A stretch of 62,587 nucleotides of DNA, counting the filler, from Antechinus flavipes (Eukaryota), in assembly GCF_016432865.1 (NCBI RefSeq). It is 3 parts of 2 records of this genome, joined end to end, with 100 filler letters (N's around TTAATTAATTAA, not from the genome) between each part and the next. Parts side by side here need not be neighbours in the genome. Positions count along the whole stretch, not along the records: positions 43,631 to 62,587 come from NC_067400.1; 2 more parts are not named here. One strand, given 5' to 3'. The translations under genes and the position numbers were made by a program. Below the pieces are notes generated by a model. It worked only from the letters and a program-made list of their open reading frames with translations. It did no database searches and was not told where the DNA came from. Each line of letters starts with the position of its first letter. Position 1 is the stretch's first letter. Below, piece after piece: positions 56,094 through 62,587 of the stretch.

Positions 56094-56774
56094 GTGAGTT
56101 GGGGGTTGTTTTGAACCCTGGACAGGAAAATCTCCATAATCTTTGGACCCAGAGCCTGGGGAGCTTTGTGGTTGGGTTGGGGAGGAGCTATCTGGTGGGA
56201 AGACTTGGGGGGACTATCTGTATGTGCTAGGAAGGGTCAGAGGACTAGCACCCCAAACCTTCCGATATTCATGTGTCGAAGCTCTTTAGCATCTAGACTT
56301 GGGGGTCCAGGAGGTTGGGACAGAGGGATAGTGTGGGAGGACCGAGGAGGGGAAGCATTAAAATATTTTCTTCCATACCCTTAGTGGCTCTGGAGAAAGG
56401 TCGGGATGGACCAGGTTGCACATGTAAATTCCCTCTGCTCTCCTTTGACTTTTGCTCAGACTTACCCTCTGGGGCTGGGAATCGGGGGGGGGGGGGCCCT
56501 GAACTAGAAAGTTCAACTCTCAGTCACTGCAAGTTAACGTTTATGCTTCCCCTCCCCCAACAGATTTCAAAATGGTAGGAGCTTGGACTTTCTGCCCTGC
56601 TTGCTTCTCTAGGGAGTCCCTGAGATCTCTCCCCTGCTGACTGCCCCTAGTCCTTCTTCCTCCCCCCAGATGTCCTCGCTGGCTCTCGGGCACTCTTCCC
56701 AAGACTCCCCTTTGACTCCCAGAACCCTTCACGGATCCCCTCTCAGAAAGCCTATTCCTGCTATCCCTGGAAGG

Positions 56775-57128
<354 letters not shown>

Positions 57129-57321
57129 TGACGGGGGAGGGTGGGGCCTGGGCAGAGCAGGGGAGAAGGAATGGGGAGACTCCAGCGTACGCGGAGGGTC
57201 GCGAGTGACCGGGGCAGTGAAAGCCTCGTCTGGGGAGAGACCAGTGATGGGGAAGAGCTGGGGGTCCCCAGTCCAGAAGGCCTCATACATGTCTTCCTTC
57301 ACTCCTTCTGCATTCACCCAG

Positions 57322-57365
57322 CTTCCAAGAAACAGAGAATGGCAGAGACGGAGTCCCCCTATCAG
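57322..57365 (+). CDS. TYROBP: TYROBP/DAP12 exon: ASKKQRMAETESPYQ
   Basis: cattcacccag acceptor, CAG|GTAAGA donor, 44 nt, first ITAM tyrosine. Confidence 0.95.
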
Positions 57366-57891
57366 GTAAGAGAAATCCCCTCGTGGCCCAGTTCCTCCTG
57401 GAGCCACCGAGCGCCTCGTGTCCACATTCTGCTAATTCTGTCTTCTCGAGCCGGAAAGCAAAGGTCCCCACGGTCACGGATGGACCCCGTCCAGGCCTAG
57501 GGCAGGTTTTAAATCAGGACAAATCAGATAAAAGAGAGACGCTGGGAGCAGAGTACAGTAGCTTCCAAGACAATTCCATCTCAGCCAGATGGAAGCGTGA
57601 GAATCCAGTGGAGAACTGGGTGGGCTAGGAGTGGGAGGCTGGGGGGCAGGGAGGCGGGGAGAGGCTGTTCTGGCTCGCTCGGGCTCTGCCCAGAGGCTGG
57701 ATCCCCAAGACTTCCCCTGCCCATCTGAGGGAGCTGCTCCCCCAAGGCCTCCTTGCCAAGCCCTGGCCCCTTTCTAGCCTCTGACAACACACCAAGGATC
57801 TTTATGAGTGAGAAGAGGAGCCCCCAGGTGTGTGTCCCCAAATGTCCCCTTTATGTCACCCGTTGCCTAAGTCCTCCCGATCCCCACCCAG

Positions 57892-57957
57892 GAACTCCAG
57901 GGCCAGAGAGGAGACGTCTACAGCGACCTCACTCCCCAGCATGGATTCTACAGATGA
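57892..57957 (+). CDS. TYROBP: TYROBP/DAP12 last exon: ELQGQRGDVYSDLTPQHGFYR*
   Basis: Completes the ITAM YQEL-x7-YSDL; AATAAA at 58092-58097. Confidence 0.95.
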   Translation, partial: ELQGQRGDVYSDLTPQHGFYR

Positions 57958-58580
57958 GTCAGGACTCGGCCCTGAGGATGCCAGGGTGGGAAGCTTACCG
58001 CCTCTGACCCCCAGAACCCACTAACCCCCTACAGCTCCCTGTTCTTGTCAGTGGCCTCAGGAGCCTTTCCCCCTCCCATCATTCGTCTCACAATAAACAT
58101 GGAGCAGAGACCTGATCTGTGCTGAACTTTTGGTTTCCAGGAGGTTAAGGGTCAAGGAGTGGGTGAAAGGGCCAGGGTCCTAAGGGCTTGGGGGGTGAGG
58201 TCTCCTGGTCCCTGCAGGTAATTGGAGAACGGCAGGACCTGGGATTCTTGGTCCTGCAGGGCTTGGAAACTGGCGCACCAGATCCTTGCTTTTGAAGGTG
58301 GAAATCATCAGATCTCAGGTTATTAAATTATGGATATACTTGAGCCCGGAGCACAGCTTATTTGGGTCCTGGGGATCCTGGGTTCCAGACCCAATGGGGA
58401 GCAATCATGGCTTTCTAGTGAAAGACTAGATCCATGTCCTGTGGGTAACAATGACTTCCTTTATTTCTGGAGCAAAGGAGGAGTCTACAATGAAAGCGGT
58501 ACGGGGGCAAGTCATCTTTGGCTGGGTGGGATGCCAGGGTTCTCCGAAGAGGGTGTGGGTTGGCGGGGGTCCCGGGGGGC

Positions 58581-58621
58581 TCAGTTTCTTCCCGGCATAT
58601 TCACGTAGACCCTGCTATTCT
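58581..58621 (-). CDS. HCST: HCST/DAP10 last exon: (E)[12 protein letters not shown]
   Basis: tctccccag acceptor, 41 nt, YxNM motif; AATAAA on the minus strand at 58465-58460; tail-to-tail with TYROBP. Confidence 0.92.
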
Positions 58622-58724
58622 CTGGGGAGAAAGAACGCCCTCAGGAGGAGCCCAGGAACCATGTCCACAGCCCTCTTCCTGGAGACCCTTCCTCCCTCCT
58701 CTCCCTCCTGCCACGGCTTCTCAC

Positions 58725-58859
58725 CTGATTTCTGGGCGGCCCTCCGGGGCCGAGCACAGACAAACACGGCTCCCACGATGAGCAGGGTCACCAAGGCGTC
58801 AGCGGCCACGAATCCCACGAGCAGGGGCAGGGACAGGGGCCCACAGTGAGAGTCCGGGA
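58725..58859 (-). CDS. HCST: HCST/DAP10 transmembrane exon: (V)[44 protein letters not shown]
   Basis: ctgcctcag acceptor, G|GTGAGA donor, 135 nt, transmembrane Asp in VAADA. Confidence 0.94.
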
Positions 58860-58994
58860 CTGAGGCAGAGGCACAGTCAGGGCCAGAGTGGGGGGAGATG
58901 GAGAGAAAAGGGCAGACTGGGAAGCGGGGCGGGCACCCTCACCCCCAGCCCAGGGCTTGGGAGATCTGGAGACCCTGGGGGCCCTCCCTCTTAC

Positions 58995-59018
58995 CTGAAG
59001 GCATCTGCGCTGCAGCCA
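58995..59018 (-). CDS. HCST: HCST/DAP10 exon 2: (V)AAAQMPS; exon 1 not securely located
   Basis: 24 nt, TGGCTGCAGCGCAGATGCCTTCAG|GTAAGA, similar to the start of human exon 2 (VAAAQTTP). Confidence 0.8.
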
Positions 59019-59254
59019 CTTTGAGGGCGGGAGGAGAGAGCATCAAGTGATGTTCAGGGACTCAGAAACCCAGACACAAACAGAGAGAATTATCTTAGAT
59101 CCCGAGTTGAAAGGGACCTTCGAGGTCAACCAGTCCAGCCTTTTCATTTGGTCCATGACTTAGAAAGTTTCAAGGCTTGGCCAAGGTCACACCATGTCTG
59201 CTGTAACTCGAACCCAGTCTCCTGTTCCTTCTGAACTGTCGGAAGTCTGTCTGA

Positions 59255-59470
59255 CTCGCTGACCCCAGGGGTTCATGGCACTCCAGGTCCTTCTATCCTG
59301 CACTAGCTCCCAAAGTCCCAAAGTTCACTGCTTCCATGACACTATCCATCTTATCCTCTCACAAAACCTGCTCCTTTTGCCTTCAATCTTTCCCACCACC
59401 AGAGACTTTTCCCTGAGTCCCGTCTTCTCGTTAGGGGGTCAAAGTATTTCAGCTTCAATATGTGACCTTC
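59255..59470 (-). mobile_element. RTE-derived SINE/LINE tail fragment
   Basis: ccatgacactatccatcttatcctc...ctccttttgccttcaatctttccca...ttttcc matches the reverse of marsupial RTE 3' sequence. Confidence 0.65.
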
Positions 59471-59689
59471 CAGCACTGCAGCTGCCACCCTGAACCCCAG
59501 CCTTCCACAGAGGAGGAACCTGAAACCCAGAGAGGTTAGATGTGCCACGTCGTCCAGGTAACGAGTGGTAAATCGAGACTTGAACTCAAGTCCTGGGACT
59601 CTAAATTCAGAAATCCTTCCACTGTCCCACAAATCCCAGAATCTGAGAATCAGGGGATCTCTTCAGTCCTTGGGCTGCGTGTGCCCGAG

Positions 59690-60011
59690 AAGAGAGAGGA
59701 AGGATCCAGAGGGAGAAAGATGGAGATAGAGAAGAGGGAGAGAGTGAAGGGAGAGCAGTGGAGAAAAATAAGGAAAGGGAGAGAAGAGACCCAGATGAAG
59801 AAAAATGGAGAAAATGGAGAGCTACACACAAGGGAGAGAAAGGAGAGACCCAGAGGAAGAAAAGTAGAGAGAAAAGGTGAGAGTAGAGGGATTTGGGGAA
59901 GAAAGATGGAGAAAAAGAAGGCAAGAAAGACAAGAGGGAGAGAGAGAGACCTAGAAAAATGGAGAGAGAGAGAAGGGGGAAAGAGGAGGAAGAGATGGAG
60001 AAAGATAAGGA

Positions 60012-60050
<39 letters not shown>

Positions 60051-60950
60051 ACAAAGAGACAGAGGAAGAACAATGGAGAAAATGGAGAGACACACACAAG
60101 AGAGAGGAAAGACCCAAAGGAAGAGAATTAGAGAGAGAAGAAAGTGGAGGGATCAAGGGGAAGAAAGATGGAGAAAAAGAAGGAAAGAAAGACAAGAGGG
60201 AGAGAAAGGAGAGACCCATAAAAATGGAAAGAGAGAAGGGGGAGATGGAGAAAGATAAGGAGAAAGGGACACATACACACACACATACACACACACACAT
60301 ACACACACACATATACACACGCACACAGAAAGAGAGACAGAGACACAGAGAAAGAGACAGAGGTAGGAACAGAAAGACAGAGGAAGAACAATGGAGAAAA
60401 AGAAAAGAGAGACCCTCAAGGGAAAGAAAGGCGAGACCCAGAGGAAGAGAAATAGAGAGAGGAGAGATTAGAGAGATCCAGGGGAAGAAAGATGGAAAAA
60501 AAGAAAAAAAAAGACAAGAGGAAGAGAAAGGAAAGACCCAAGAAAATGGAGAGAAAAAGGGGGGAGGAAGAAGAGAGATGGAGAAAGATTAGGAGAGTGA
60601 GAGAGAAAGAGAGAGAGAGAGAAGAGAACTAGAGGAAGGACGATGGAGAAAGAGAGATATACACACAAGGGAGAGAAAGGAGGGAGCCATATGAAGAAAG
60701 ATGGAGAGAGAAAGAGAGAGAAAGAAGAGAAAGAAAGATGGAGAGAAAGAAGAGGGAGAAGAGGAAGAGAGATGGAGAGAGAGAAGGAACCCAGGGGAAG
60801 AAAGATGGAGAGAGAGAGAGAGACAGGGAAAGAGAGAAGGGACCCAAAGGAAAAAAGATGGAAGGAGAGAAAGAGAGAGAGAAGGAAGGAGAGAGATAGA
60901 GGGGGATAATGGGAGACCGGAAGGAAGAGAAACCAAGAGACACAGAGGGA
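59690..60950. repeat. Purine-rich complex repeat with embedded (CA)n and a 260-325-bp higher-order unit
   Basis: Anchor GGGGAAGAAAGATGGA at 59895, 60157, 60481 and 60794; (CA)n at about 60013-60046 and 60270-60325. Confidence 0.85.
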
Positions 60951-62587
60951 AGCTCTTGCGTTCAGTGACCATTAAGTTCCTTACTGTGTGGCGGGCTCGG
61001 TGCTGGGGATACATCAGTACCTGCTCTCAAAGAGCTTACATCTAACAGGGTGGGAGCGAGGGGGAAGAAAAGGATACAAATGGAGGCTGGACGGTAGAGA
61101 ATGACGTAAGGGACCAGGGAAGGCCAGGTAGACACCCGTGAGAGCTTCACGAGCAGCCAGAGAATTGTGATGGTTAGAGTGATCGAGACAGAGTCGGGAA
61201 ACCTCCACATCCAGCCTCAGACTAGCCGTGTGTCTCTGGACGGGTCCTTTCCATCTCAGCTTCCTTATCTGTAAGATGGAGCTCATAATACTTCCCAGGA
61301 CTATGGCGAGGATGATCTCTGTCAAGTACGTTATAAACCTAAAGGACTATTAATGTTCGCTGTTATCGCCCAATTCCTCTATTCCCCGAGGAGGAAATTG
61401 ATACCCAGAGAACTTAAGTGATTTTTGTGTCACGGGGCTAAGAAAGGGCCCAGGCAGGGTTTTAACACCACGTTCTCCAGGCCCCTTCCAGGTGTCCTCC
61501 CTTGAGGAAATGATCGTGTTGGTGGAGGCAGAGAAGTGGGAAAGTTGTTTAAGCCGGGATTTAAAAAACTGGTGGGAATTCAGAGGGCATCCAAGGGACG
61601 GGGAGCGGCAGAATCCAGCCCAGGGACCTGCTTGGGCTGGGCCATAGCCCTGGTGAGGTTTGGGACTGGACTGCGGGGGCCCTGAATGCCAGCTTCAAAT
61701 GTGGCTCCTGAGGGAGTAAGGGAAGACTTTTGAGCAGGAGGTTCATTCAGCAGACAAATTATTCAGGCAATAGCACATGGAACCAATTGGGGAAAAAGGG
61801 AAGATGGGAGGAGGAAAGAACTGTCCAGAACTTATTTTTTTAGTTCAAGAGAAAAAAGGTGGAGGGGAGAGATGAGGAGGCTTCAGAGAATCAAAAATTC
61901 AGGCTGAAAGGGGGCTTGGGAAATCATTCATCTCAACCCTTTCATTTTACAAATGAAGAAACAGGTCCAGCAAGGGGGATCGCCTTGCCCAGGTCACACA
62001 CACGTGCTGTGTGACTGGGCTCCTCTGGATCGGAAGCAGTGATCTTGCTGGCCTCCCCTCCCACCCTCTCCCCACTCTCCTGTCTCTCCAAGACCGGGGA
62101 ATAATTGATTGCCTGAGACAAGAACAAGAGGAAAGAAGCAAAGGATTGCAACATGGTGGGCGAGTACGTGGGTGGGATGTTGCTATCGGCAAAATGAAGT
62201 CAGAAGGCATGGGCCGGTAAGCTGAGGGGGTCGGGCAGGTGGCCGTGGTATTTTAAACATTACTAATGGAGAGAAAGGGCAGCTTGGTGGTGCAGGGGGC
62301 ACAGCGCTGGGCACGGAGCCCACATGCAGCCCAGAGACTTACTAGCTGTGCGACCTGGGCAAGTCACTTAATTCTGCTTGCCTCGGTTTCCTCATCTGAG
62401 GAGAAGGAAATTTTGACCTGCTTCTTTATCTTTGTAAAGAAAACCCCAATTGGGGTTATGAAGAGTTGAACACAACTGAAAAGTGACTGGATTATCACAA
62501 AAATATAGAGAAGGAAGAAGGGGAGAGAGAGAGAGACAGAGAGAGACAGAGAGAGAGATGGAGAGAGAGACAGAGAGACAGCCAGAG

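Noticed and set aside
56564-56574. 11-nt microexon ATTTCAAAATG as DAP12 exon 2
   Set aside because: Good-looking splice sites, but it would shift the frame between two phase-1 junctions
59540-60592. 350-aa K/E/R-rich ORF
   Set aside because: Translation of the purine-rich repeat, where stop codons are rare for lack of T

Overview
Marsupial genomic DNA, judged from marsupial-type L1 3' UTRs, RTE-tailed and MIR-derived SINEs and L3/CR1; a dasyurid is likely but that is inference. The window is three contigs joined by two identical artificial 100-bp spacers (44 N + TTAATTAATTAA + 44 N at 31029-31128 and 43531-43630), so adjacency across the spacers is not biological evidence. Contig 1 (1-31028, AT-rich) carries the last six coding exons and 3' UTR of TLN2 on the minus strand, the intronic MIR190A hairpin, two solo LTRs and many LINE/SINE/DNA-transposon remnants. 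Contig 2 (31129-43530, GC-rich) carries ZNF628 (+, 1053 aa in one coding exon), its CpG-island promoter, the first coding exon of NAT14 and an unexplained 760-nt open exon-like segment on the minus strand. Contig 3 (43631-62587) carries LRFN3 (-, 662 aa), TYROBP/DAP12 (+) and HCST/DAP10 (-) in the arrangement known from human 19q13.12. Best leads: a miR-190 8mer site in the 3' UTR of its own host gene; direct repeats bracketing TLN2 exons, with a possible alternative terminal exon that would remove the talin dimerisation helix; the orphan open exon divergent from ZNF628; altered ectodomain cysteines in DAP12 and DAP10; and a 16-bp minisatellite in LRFN3. I did not find a clearly novel multi-gene system, an endogenous non-retroviral virus or a CRISPR array. 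All coordinates were read by hand and repeat boundaries are approximate.
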